Assembly (NCBI GenBank): GCA_030429445.1
Contig: JAUIFG010000003.1
Coordinates: forward strand, 9,099-73,098
Direction of reading: 5' to 3'
Origin: a bacterium
GTDB lineage: Bacteria > Patescibacteriota > Saccharimonadia > Saccharimonadales > Saccharimonadaceae
DNA: 64,000 bases
A program made the position numbers and the translations under genes. This document shows positions 8,291 through 16,122 of this stretch, piece after piece. The notes beneath the pieces are model-generated. The model searched no databases, was not told the origin of the DNA, and saw only the letters and a list, made by a program, of their open reading frames with translations. The number at the start of each line of letters is the position of its first letter. The stretch's first letter is position 1.

Positions 8291-9403
8291 CTACACGCCC
8301 TCTGCGTGATATTGCAGCGCCCATCGATCCTTGTATCGACCAGTTAGTCTGGATACAAGAACTTCTTTCCACGCAGCTATGAACCATGCCATCGCAATAC
8401 ATCCGAATAACTCGTACGGAATGATTGTGACGGCGAGAGCTCGGTCTTTCCAGTCGGCATTAGGTATTCGCCAGCTCAAACAAAACTGAGAACCAGCTAT
8501 TACCAATGGGTAGACTGTCCACCAGAACCAATGAACCTGAAAAATACCCAGCGTAACCTGTAGCACTATCAGGAAGATCCATAGCAACCGAACAGTGATC
8601 ATAATGGCACAAAGTAGCTGATGCCACCAGTCAATCAACGTTAGCCGATTAAAACCAATGGTTATCAAGTCATCAATTGTGCCGGTAGACCACTTCATGC
8701 GCTGATCCCACATAGCCCTAAATGAGCTCATGCTGTCCGTATACATACGAACGCGGGGGCTGACCATACACAGATAGTTGCGTTTGCGTAACTGATACGT
8801 CAATTCGAAGTCTTCAACCGGAGATTCGTAGGACCAAGGTCCTTCGCGTCCGGTTTCGTCGACGATTCGACGAAGTGCTGCATTATCAAATGCCGCACCC
8901 GCACCAGGTAGCACCGTGGTATATCCACGTTGCAAACTAGCATCTACCGACCTAGCGAACTCAGCCTTTTGCAAACGATCCCAAAAACCTGGTTTTGGCA
9001 TAGTCGCTTTTGCAGCAGAACCACCAAGTGGTTTATAGTGCCTCTTTCGCCGGCCAACACCGTCAAAATCGTCTTCCCAAAATTCGACAGCATCTGCGTC
9101 AAAAATTGTGTCAGCATCAATACTGACGACGATATCGGCATCACGTGCATACTTGTTCCAGGCCATATTGAGCGCCTGGGACTTTTTATGCTCCAACTTT
9201 GGAAGCTCGTATACAACGAGTGAGCTAGACTCACTCGCATACGACCGAGCAACATCTGCCGTGTCATCAGTACATCCATTTGGAATGATTATGATGGCGT
9301 CCAGTGGACGCGTCTGTGCAAACAGGGCCTCAATCGTGGCCCCTATACTTGATGATTCGTTATACGCTGGAACCAGCGCTACGATTCTACGAGTACGAGC
9401 CAC
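8291..9403 (-). CDS. Processive family-2 glycosyltransferase with C-terminal transmembrane domain (IcaA/PgaC/chitin-synthase-like)
   Basis: VPAYNES, NGCTDDT, SIDADT and a QxxRW-like QRMKW motif, followed by about 4 hydrophobic helices. Confidence 0.8.
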   Translation of the reverse strand: MARTRRIVALVPAYNESSSIGATIEALFAQTRPLDAIIIIPNGCTDDTADVARSYASESSSLVVYELPKLEHKKSQALNMAWNKYARDADIVVSIDADTIFDADAVEFWEDDFDGVGRRKRHYKPLGGSAAKATMPKPGFWDRLQKAEFARSVDASLQRGYTTVLPGAGAAFDNAALRRIVDETGREGPWSYESPVEDFELTYQLRKRNYLCMVSPRVRMYTDSMSSFRAMWDQRMKWSTGTIDDLITIGFNRLTLIDWWHQLLCAIMITVRLLWIFLIVLQVTLGIFQVHWFWWTVYPLVIAGSQFCLSWRIPNADWKDRALAVTIIPYELFGCIAMAWFIAAWKEVLVSRLTGRYKDRWALQYHAEGV

Positions 9404-9557
9404 GAGATATCTCCATCCTAGTAAAAAGTTAATGTACGAGTACGGTGGTACATATGATATCGATTATCCGACCACACTTGTATACTCAACTTCTCATTTT
9501 AGCATAAATGTTTCATAAAGTCAATGATACACCTCTGTAATTAATTGTTTTGATCCA

Positions 9558-9589
9558 AAATGAACAACCCCCACTCAATTGAGTGGGGG
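9558..9589 (-). terminator. Hairpin terminator after the deacetylase gene
   Basis: 9-bp stem CCCCCACTC / GAGTGGGGG (9568-9589) with an AATT loop. The minus strand continues TTGTTCATTT. Confidence 0.55.
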
Positions 9590-9604
9590 CTTGGATAGAG
9601 ATGT

Positions 9605-10345
9605 TCATGAAATGCGTTCGTACGCCCAGTTCATTTGATCTAGATACTGAACAACTGCGTCGATCAACTCTGGCGTATGCGGGTGTTGCATGTGTGCCAG
9701 AATTACCGCATCTGGACCCAGTGGCAACTGATGACCACCATTACCTTTACGAAGGTAATCCATCATTTCGTCAACACTGCCGCCCTTCCAGTCGAGCGTA
9801 TCCGCAGTCCAGGTACAAATCTGAATACCCTTTTCACTCAGACGCTGAACGACCTTGGCATCGTATGCACCGTAGGGAGGGCGAAGCAACATTGGCTGGG
9901 TATTGACGAGTCCTTCAACAGGATAGATTTCACCATAAAACGCTGGCTCATCATTGGCGGATAATTCTACCAAATTAGCGTGCGTGTGCGTATGATTACC
10001 CACAATATGGCCATCTGCTCTCATCTGAAGCATGAGGTCATAATGCCTCAACACCCATTCACCTGTCGGAAAGAATGCAGCACGCATCCGATGCATGCGC
10101 AACCTCTCCAAAATAGCCCGAACCTGCTCTGGTGTCCCGTGATCATCAAATGTCATCAGAACACCCGAGCCTGGCTCGCGGTTACAGTGCCGGATCGCTA
10201 CAGGCATATTGTTCATAGCTGCGATTTGGTAGACCGCAGCTTGCGGATCCACCTGCTGCTCTGACTCCTCGTTGGCATTCGCACAACCAGCAAGAGCTAA
10301 TACTGCCGTAAAAAAACATGTCAAAAAGACACGAATCTTACACAT
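9605..10345 (-). CDS. Polysaccharide deacetylase (NodB/CE4 domain) lipoprotein
   Basis: Lipobox LALAGC. NodB motifs MTFDDHG and GNHTHTHANL. Confidence 0.85.
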   Translation of the reverse strand: MCKIRVFLTCFFTAVLALAGCANANEESEQQVDPQAAVYQIAAMNNMPVAIRHCNREPGSGVLMTFDDHGTPEQVRAILERLRMHRMRAAFFPTGEWVLRHYDLMLQMRADGHIVGNHTHTHANLVELSANDEPAFYGEIYPVEGLVNTQPMLLRPPYGAYDAKVVQRLSEKGIQICTWTADTLDWKGGSVDEMMDYLRKGNGGHQLPLGPDAVILAHMQHPHTPELIDAVVQYLDQMNWAYERIS

Positions 10346-10444
10346 TTAAACATCTCCTTAAGGAACGAGGTAGTCAGACTACTTATCAACATATACTCTA
10401 ACATGAATTATAAATAAAGTCAATAAGGAGCGCTCCCCCGAAGC

Positions 10445-10496
10445 AAAAAAATATGCCTCACGTCGCTAGCCTGATGGCAGCGTACGCGAGGCATAT
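10445..10496 (-). terminator. Rho-independent terminator
   Basis: Long imperfect hairpin ATATGCCTC...GAGGCATAT (10451-10496). On the minus strand it is followed by TTTTTTT. Confidence 0.7.
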
Positions 10497-10513
10497 TAGA
10501 GACGAGTTAGATG

Positions 10514-10768
10514 TCAGTAGCAGACATTGGGGTCAATCTGGTAGCCAAACTGCTTGCGATGCTGATAGTACCAGCCATCGCAGTACCCCGGTGGGGGCGG
10601 AACGTGAACACCGTCCCGAGTACAGCTCTTCGTCGGCCCAGGTCCCCAAGGACCTGCTTCGTATCCAATCTGCGTACAACCAGCGCTTGCCGGAGCAGCA
10701 CAGATGATTCCTCCGCCGAGGCCTAGCGTGCTTGCAGCCAAGACACCGAGTGTCAATCGCTTGAACAT
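10514..10768 (-). CDS. Small secreted Cys/Pro/Gly-rich protein (84 aa), unknown function
   Basis: Signal peptide MFKRLTLGVLAASTLGLGGGIICAAPASA. The mature part has 4 Cys, PPPPGY and WYYQ. A strong terminator lies downstream. The gene is visibly GC-richer than its flanks. Confidence 0.55.
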   Translation of the reverse strand: MFKRLTLGVLAASTLGLGGGIICAAPASAGCTQIGYEAGPWGPGPTKSCTRDGVHVPPPPGYCDGWYYQHRKQFGYQIDPNVCY

Positions 10769-10889
10769 CTTATTCTCCCTTGTTTGAGGTGCTTTAGGCG
10801 TATAGGCTCAACTACCACCTAGATAATTTAACTATAGCATAAGTATTATTGTTTGTCAATATAGCTTGCCTCCCTTGAGCCCGTAGAAC

Positions 10890-10898
10890 TGTTACAAT
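10890..10898 (+). promoter_or_regulatory. Extended -10 promoter TGTTACAAT, 6 nt upstream of the ATG (putative leaderless transcript)
   Basis: TG-n-TACAAT at 10890-10898. ATG at 10905. No SD. Confidence 0.45.
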
Positions 10899-10904
10899 AT
10901 AGTT

Positions 10905-11189
10905 ATGAAGGCAAAAACGGCTAGCGAAGCAAATAAACTCACCGACATACCGAACATAGGCCCAGCGATGGTTAGAGATTTTGCAAAGATTGGTATCACT
11001 TCTCCAAAACACCTGGCGACAGCAGATGGCTACGACCTGTACGTGAAGGTCTGTGATAGTTACGGCGTCCGTATGGACCCATGCGTGCTAGATACATATC
11101 TAGCGGCAGTAGATTTTATGAATGGAGCGCCGGCAAAGCCTTGGTGGAATTATACGGCTATGCGCAAACGGCAATATCCTGATATTTGA
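10905..11189 (+). CDS. Helix-hairpin-helix domain protein (Cdd1 / mitomycin-resistance-locus-like)
   Basis: LTDIPNIGPAMVRDFAKIGITSPKHLA...DPCVLDTYLAAVDF matches the small HhH family as I remember it. Confidence 0.6.
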   Translation: MKAKTASEANKLTDIPNIGPAMVRDFAKIGITSPKHLATADGYDLYVKVCDSYGVRMDPCVLDTYLAAVDFMNGAPAKPWWNYTAMRKRQYPDI

Positions 11190-11196
11190 AATCGAT

Positions 11197-11577
11197 CTAA
11201 TTCAACGCAACGACCAAAAACAGCACCGCCAGCACTATCACTATCGGCGTCATCACATAGCGTTCGTATGTGCTACGTGACATACCGTTCATAGCAATGC
11301 CCACAAACAAATAGCCCGTAATCACCCACGCGCCCACATTCACCACCGAATCATCTAGCGCGGATATTGCACCCGTCTTGTCCAACGCAAACATAGCAAA
11401 AACCGCATACAAAACTATCGATATCGCACTGCCTACCCGCAAATTTGTAGGTAGAACTTTTTTGTGTTGACCACCCCATGCAAACCTGCCCAACGGAGCG
11501 CCTAGTACTAATGCCAACTGAAAAATACCCAGCCCAACCAAAATTATCGTTGCCATAATCGCTAGCACTATAGTCAT
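11197..11577 (-). CDS. Small integral membrane protein (4 predicted helices)
   Basis: 126 aa, strongly hydrophobic. No family recognised. Confidence 0.5.
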   Translation of the reverse strand: MTIVLAIMATIILVGLGIFQLALVLGAPLGRFAWGGQHKKVLPTNLRVGSAISIVLYAVFAMFALDKTGAISALDDSVVNVGAWVITGYLFVGIAMNGMSRSTYERYVMTPIVIVLAVLFLVVALN

Positions 11578-11671
11578 ATATTAATTCTAGCAGATACCCC
11601 GGACACCGACGGCTACGTGCGGAAACGCAACTATACAATAATTTAAATCACTTCGAGGTTGAACCCTGAAA

Positions 11672-13057
11672 TCATTTCTTTGATTGTGGCGTAGACAATT
11701 CGGATACCACCGCCTGCGGACTCACACTGGAACTACTACCTTCATCCAACCGGATACTATTCTCTCTTTTCTTGAATATACCAATAAGTTTATCAATCAG
11801 CGTCTCATCCTTGCCGTAGACATCGCTAGGATTATTTGAAATTACCTTAAGCAATGCTTTCTCTAGCTGTTTACGGGTTTCGCCTTCCAAGGGATAAGTT
11901 GATTCTTTTCCGGTAAATAACATGTACATCTGTAGAACTCTGTACTTATGATTATATTCTTCAAAGAGTCTTCTTCTTTGAGAAATACTTTTTTGACCAA
12001 AATAGGATACCCACAATAACGGTAAGGCAATGGTTAACTTATATACAATGTACTCCGTTCCCGAAAACTTGATTCCATCATCACTCTCGTCACCTGGCGC
12101 CTCTGGCAAAAAAACATCATTCAACGTTCCTCCAACGAAAAACCAACCAATCAAAACTAACGGACCTATGAATAATATGTAGCTACCAACAAATTTTATT
12201 AAATGCTTTATGCCTATGAATAGATTTTGAAATATTAACCACCACTTGTTCTTTGTTATCTGCTTATACACAGGGCTACCATACACATGCATAGCTTCTT
12301 TGTAATTTTCTGAAAGTGTCTGTATTGTGGTATCCGACAATAGACTATCCACTTCGTTCTGCTTAATTTTGATATCCTTGGCGATATCACTGATTTCTGT
12401 CTTGCTAGTATCAATAAAAGGCTCTATCTCGTCCACTAGCCTTCCGTGAAATTCATTAGTTTTTTCAATCTGATCTCTTAGTATGTCCGCTTTGCTGAGT
12501 TTGTTTTTTTGATCAGCAGTAAAAAATTCACTATGTGCTGATAGTATATCTTCCTTTGCTCTCTCGATTTTATAACGATAACCAATATCCGCCTTGTTTA
12601 ACTGATCATCAAAATCAACAATTGATTTTATTGCTGCATTTAGTTTTTTCTCCTGACCACCATCATTCTTTTTAACGTCAGATGTAAAGAGCTTCTCATA
12701 AAAGCCAACTATCTCGGTTTCTGCCTGCTGAATTAATCCCTGAACGGGCGTATCACCACTTATTAATTCCTTATGTAGCTCTCTTATTTCCTCTATTTTA
12801 TTGTTGATTTCCTCTATTTTGCTAGATGAAGCATCGCTCGGAGTAGAAAAGAGCTCGCTATACCGCTTGTTTATAGAATCTATTTTATTCTCTATTTCTG
12901 TTGCCAGTGCGGGCTTGTCTGAATTTGGCTCGAAAAACTTTTCGTATAGTGTGTTGATTTCATTTACTTCGTCAAAAACCGTGTTGAACAATTTAACAAA
13001 CCGCGCCTTTGGTATGGTGGTTTTCTCAGAAATTGGAGGTATGAGTTTATTGGGCAT
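11672..13057 (-). CDS. Orphan coiled-coil / transmembrane protein (461 aa), unknown function
   Basis: Long uninterrupted ORF. The N-terminal ~260 aa are K/E/D/I-rich and helical. The centre has hydrophobic segments (WWLIFQNLFIGIKHLIKFVGSYILFIGPLVLIGWFFVGG; YKLTIALPLLWVSYF). The gene is visibly AT-rich. Confidence 0.6.
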   Translation of the reverse strand: MPNKLIPPISEKTTIPKARFVKLFNTVFDEVNEINTLYEKFFEPNSDKPALATEIENKIDSINKRYSELFSTPSDASSSKIEEINNKIEEIRELHKELISGDTPVQGLIQQAETEIVGFYEKLFTSDVKKNDGGQEKKLNAAIKSIVDFDDQLNKADIGYRYKIERAKEDILSAHSEFFTADQKNKLSKADILRDQIEKTNEFHGRLVDEIEPFIDTSKTEISDIAKDIKIKQNEVDSLLSDTTIQTLSENYKEAMHVYGSPVYKQITKNKWWLIFQNLFIGIKHLIKFVGSYILFIGPLVLIGWFFVGGTLNDVFLPEAPGDESDDGIKFSGTEYIVYKLTIALPLLWVSYFGQKSISQRRRLFEEYNHKYRVLQMYMLFTGKESTYPLEGETRKQLEKALLKVISNNPSDVYGKDETLIDKLIGIFKKRENSIRLDEGSSSSVSPQAVVSELSTPQSKK

Positions 13058-13112
13058 TAAATAACCTAGCTATTCCGCCCACCCATTTACAAACTATTAT
13101 ACCACTTTGATA

Positions 13113-14399
13113 CTAGATTAACTTGCCAATATCCACTCGTTTTTGCTCAGTCGTATCCCGATCGCGAACAGTTACCGTGTCATCATTTAGCGTATCAAAA
13201 TCAATCACTACACAGTATGGCGTGCCGATTTCGTCCTGGCGGCGGTAGCGTTTGCCGATGTTTCCATTGTCGTCCCAAGATACATTTCCATATTGTTTTT
13301 TCAACATGTTGTAAACTTCTCTCGCCTTTTCAACCAACTCTGGTTTGTTTTTGAGAAGTGGTGATACGCAATATTTTACAGGGGCGAGGTGCTCCGGAAA
13401 CTTCATGACAATACGCTTTTCACCATTCACTTCATCCTCGGTATAAGCAGAAGCCATGACAGCCATTACAACACGTTCAACGCCAAATGATGGCTCTATT
13501 ACATGCGGAACAAATTTTGTGTTCGTTCCCTTAATTGTGTATTCCATACTCTTGCCAGCGTTGTTTTGGATATTCATCAAATCAAAATCTGTACGATATG
13601 CCAATCCCAGCAACTCCTCGCGTCCTATCGGAAAGTCATATTCAATATCAATCGTTCGCTCGCTGTAATGCGCACGCTCTTCCTGAGGTACTTCCAACTC
13701 ATGAACTTTATCCTGCGGTAGACCAAGAGCCTTTAGATATTCATGAATGTCCCTCAGTAATGCATCAAAAGATTCTTGCCATTTATCTGGTTCAACGAAA
13801 TACTCAATTTCCATCTGTTCAAATTCACGACTACGGAATATAAAATCACGCGGACTAATCTCGTTTCGAAATGCCTTGCCCTGTTGCGCTAACCCAAAGG
13901 GTAAATCAGGATAAAAACTATCGACAACATTTTTGTAATTCGTGAATATACCCTGTGCAGTTTCTGGGCGCAAATAACTCACTGATGTTTCATCTTCGAT
14001 TGAACCAACATGGGTCTTAAACATCATATTAAACTGACGTGCTTCGCCGAATGTACCTTCGCTACCACACGTTGGACATTTATTTGAATCATCCAATTTG
14101 TCTGCACGAAACCGCCCCTTGCAATGACTACATTCAACGAGCGGATCGGTAAACGTATCGACATGCCCACTCGCCTGCCACACTTTTTGATTCATCAAAA
14201 TTGCCGCATCAACACCGTACATATCTTCACGATCATCAACAAACATCTTCCACCATAAATTCATAATGTTCTTCTTTAGCGCAACGCCTAACGGACCATA
14301 GTCCCAAGTACCACTCAGACCACCATAAACATCCGATCCGGGATAAATAAATCCTCTGCGCTTTGCCAAACTAACAATGTTTTCTAATGAAGAACTCAT
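13113..14399 (-). CDS. glyQS: Glycine--tRNA ligase (homodimeric alpha2 type)
   Basis: MSSSLENIVSLAKRRGFIYPGSDVYGGLSGTWDYGPLG aligns with the N-terminus of the alpha2 GlyRS from residue 1. GGGAGG lies 10 nt upstream of ATG 14399. The ORF-track extension to 14453 (TTG) was rejected. Confidence 0.9.
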   Translation of the reverse strand: MSSSLENIVSLAKRRGFIYPGSDVYGGLSGTWDYGPLGVALKKNIMNLWWKMFVDDREDMYGVDAAILMNQKVWQASGHVDTFTDPLVECSHCKGRFRADKLDDSNKCPTCGSEGTFGEARQFNMMFKTHVGSIEDETSVSYLRPETAQGIFTNYKNVVDSFYPDLPFGLAQQGKAFRNEISPRDFIFRSREFEQMEIEYFVEPDKWQESFDALLRDIHEYLKALGLPQDKVHELEVPQEERAHYSERTIDIEYDFPIGREELLGLAYRTDFDLMNIQNNAGKSMEYTIKGTNTKFVPHVIEPSFGVERVVMAVMASAYTEDEVNGEKRIVMKFPEHLAPVKYCVSPLLKNKPELVEKAREVYNMLKKQYGNVSWDDNGNIGKRYRRQDEIGTPYCVVIDFDTLNDDTVTVRDRDTTEQKRVDIGKLI

Positions 14400-15001
14400 C
14401 TCAACATATCCTCCCAATTTTTGATCGTCTATTTTCGGCTGTGTCATTTTCAAAACTCGTCAACGTAGCTATGGCTATGTTTCCTCGCATTTCAAATGCC
14501 TCGCTCGAAACTAGCTCGCTCAAAAGCTTGCGAGATACATTGAAATAAGCTCTGTGATTTTTTTCGTTCATACTGGGGTTAATTGTAACATATTTGCCCC
14601 TATGCGAGTTCTGTTATAAGATTGTCCAGACGTTTACAAGGATAGGAGCGCACGTTGTTGAAACGAGCACGTCGTCGCAGAATGGAAAAAATTACTGGCA
14701 ACTATATCTGGAATCCAATTCCCGATACCCTGTTGCTCGTCTGCGAGCAGGGTAAGAAAATCGGTCGAATAGTTCTGAAACCCTTACGAGTATTCAAAAA
14801 ATGAGAAGTAACCCGTGGGAATGCTGAATGCACGAGCCTTGCTGGCATGCAAACGTGAACAGTTCGACGAAACACACCCCAACATCACCTATGCTCGACT
14901 AGTTGTTGGTGACAGTTTTCGGATGAGCACTCTAGCAATTTCGAAATTCTGTAAAAAAATATTTACCACAAGATAAATACGCTCCATCCTAGCACGTTAA
15001 A

Positions 15002-15023
15002 CGCCAAGGACAAAACCTTGGCG
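15002..15023 (-). terminator. Hairpin terminator downstream of recO
   Basis: 8-bp stem CGCCAAGG / CCTTGGCG. On the minus strand it is followed by TTT. Confidence 0.5.
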
Positions 15024-15030
15024 CCCCCTC

Positions 15031-15076
15031 CCCATATCCCTGGTCGACCACAATATCCCAGGGGTATGGGCATTTT
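15031..15076 (+). terminator. 13-bp hairpin plus T-run, plus-strand oriented
   Basis: CCCATATCCCTGG (15031-15043) pairs with CCAGGGGTATGGG (15058-15070). The single non-Watson-Crick pair is G.U on the plus-strand RNA but A.C on the minus strand. It is followed by CATTTTAATTT. Confidence 0.5.
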
Positions 15077-15079
15077 AAT

Positions 15080-15754
15080 TTACAATGCAGCATGCTGACG
15101 TGCAACGTACAAACAATCCAATAAATATTTATCTACACCCCCTACTTGCAATATTACGTTCAAATCTTTTGTCGCAACAAGTCGCAAAATCTTAATATGT
15201 TCTGCGGTAATTTGTCCATCAAGATCATCAATAAAGCCTTTTTCAGTACTATCGTATCGATATTTCTTGTTACTTTCCAACGCAACCCCCTTGTGATCGC
15301 TCACTAAATTTAGTTCATCCCCCAACAGAGTCGCAATACGCACATAGAACCATGTTTGTACTAATGCCAGTTGCACACCGGCGACGTCGAGTGCCGCCAA
15401 AACTTTTTGCGTAATATCATACCACTCCAATTCATCCAGAGTCGCACTTGCCTTTGCCACCTGCGTTAACGTTTCGTATGCAAACTGCATTCGATCATAG
15501 TCATCCAAAATATGTCGATAGAAATGGACAAGTCGCGCAGATGTCAAAACACCTAGTTCACCCTTACCTTCTCCAATGACAACGTCACAAACTGCAAATA
15601 GTTCAATTCCGCCTGCGAGTTTTGATTTCTCACGCCGAACACCCCGCGCCATCACACTAACACGACCATTGGTGGTAAGTAAGTCGAGTATGCGGTCTGC
15701 TTCGCCGTAATTTGTTCGACGCAGCACTATCGCTCGGCTGCGTGTTGTCTTCAT
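15080..15754 (-). CDS. recO: DNA repair protein RecO
   Basis: MKTTRSRAIVLRRTNYGEADRILDLLT..GRVSVMARGVRREKSKLAGGIELF is the typical RecO N-terminal OB-fold signature. Confidence 0.85.
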   Translation of the reverse strand: MKTTRSRAIVLRRTNYGEADRILDLLTTNGRVSVMARGVRREKSKLAGGIELFAVCDVVIGEGKGELGVLTSARLVHFYRHILDDYDRMQFAYETLTQVAKASATLDELEWYDITQKVLAALDVAGVQLALVQTWFYVRIATLLGDELNLVSDHKGVALESNKKYRYDSTEKGFIDDLDGQITAEHIKILRLVATKDLNVILQVGGVDKYLLDCLYVARQHAAL

Positions 15755-16122
15755 GCCAAAACACTCCGTACAGTTGTAACGATATCACTCGGTTGCATTA
15801 TTCTACTATTCACGATGCGTTGAACTCCGTATGGTCGTAGCTCATCGATGTCCAGATCGGTCATGCTACTACATACAACCACTGGGATGTCCGCCGTATC
15901 AACGTAGCTCTGTAATTCATGTAGTAAGTTCAGCGCTCCTGGACCGTTCAGCAACAAACTCATGATTATTGCGGACGGCGGATTTTCATCTACCAAATCA
16001 ATCGCAGCATATGCGTGAGATGCACGGACTACGGAAAACCCGTGTGCCTCCAGTTGTCGCTGGTAGTGGTCTCCCAACCATGGCTCACTCTCGATAACCA
16101 TTATTGATTGATTGCTACTCAT
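15751..16122 (-). CDS. Receiver (REC)-like single-domain protein with degenerate phospho-acceptor pocket
   Basis: CheY-like alternating pattern (IMVIESEP...AIIMSLLLNGPGALNLL...PVVVCSS). Ser occupies the expected acceptor Asp position and ES replaces DD. It overlaps both neighbours by 4 nt. Confidence 0.55.
   Translation of the reverse strand: MSSNQSIMVIESEPWLGDHYQRQLEAHGFSVVRASHAYAAIDLVDENPPSAIIMSLLLNGPGALNLLHELQSYVDTADIPVVVCSSMTDLDIDELRPYGVQRIVNSRIMQPSDIVTTVRSVLA

Noticed and set aside
10453-10726. Two plus-strand ORFs (84 and 71 aa) and one further minus-strand ORF overlapping the Cys-rich gene
   Set aside because: High local GC keeps several frames open. Only the 10514-10768 minus frame has a signal peptide, a sensible start and a downstream terminator.
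14400-14580. T-box riboswitch leader upstream of glyQS
   Set aside because: glyQS is a classic T-box-regulated gene in Firmicutes. I could not find the conserved T-box sequence on the minus strand (GGGTGGTACCGCG-like, i.e. CGCGGTnCCACCC on the plus strand). A covariance-model scan would be needed to exclude a divergent one.
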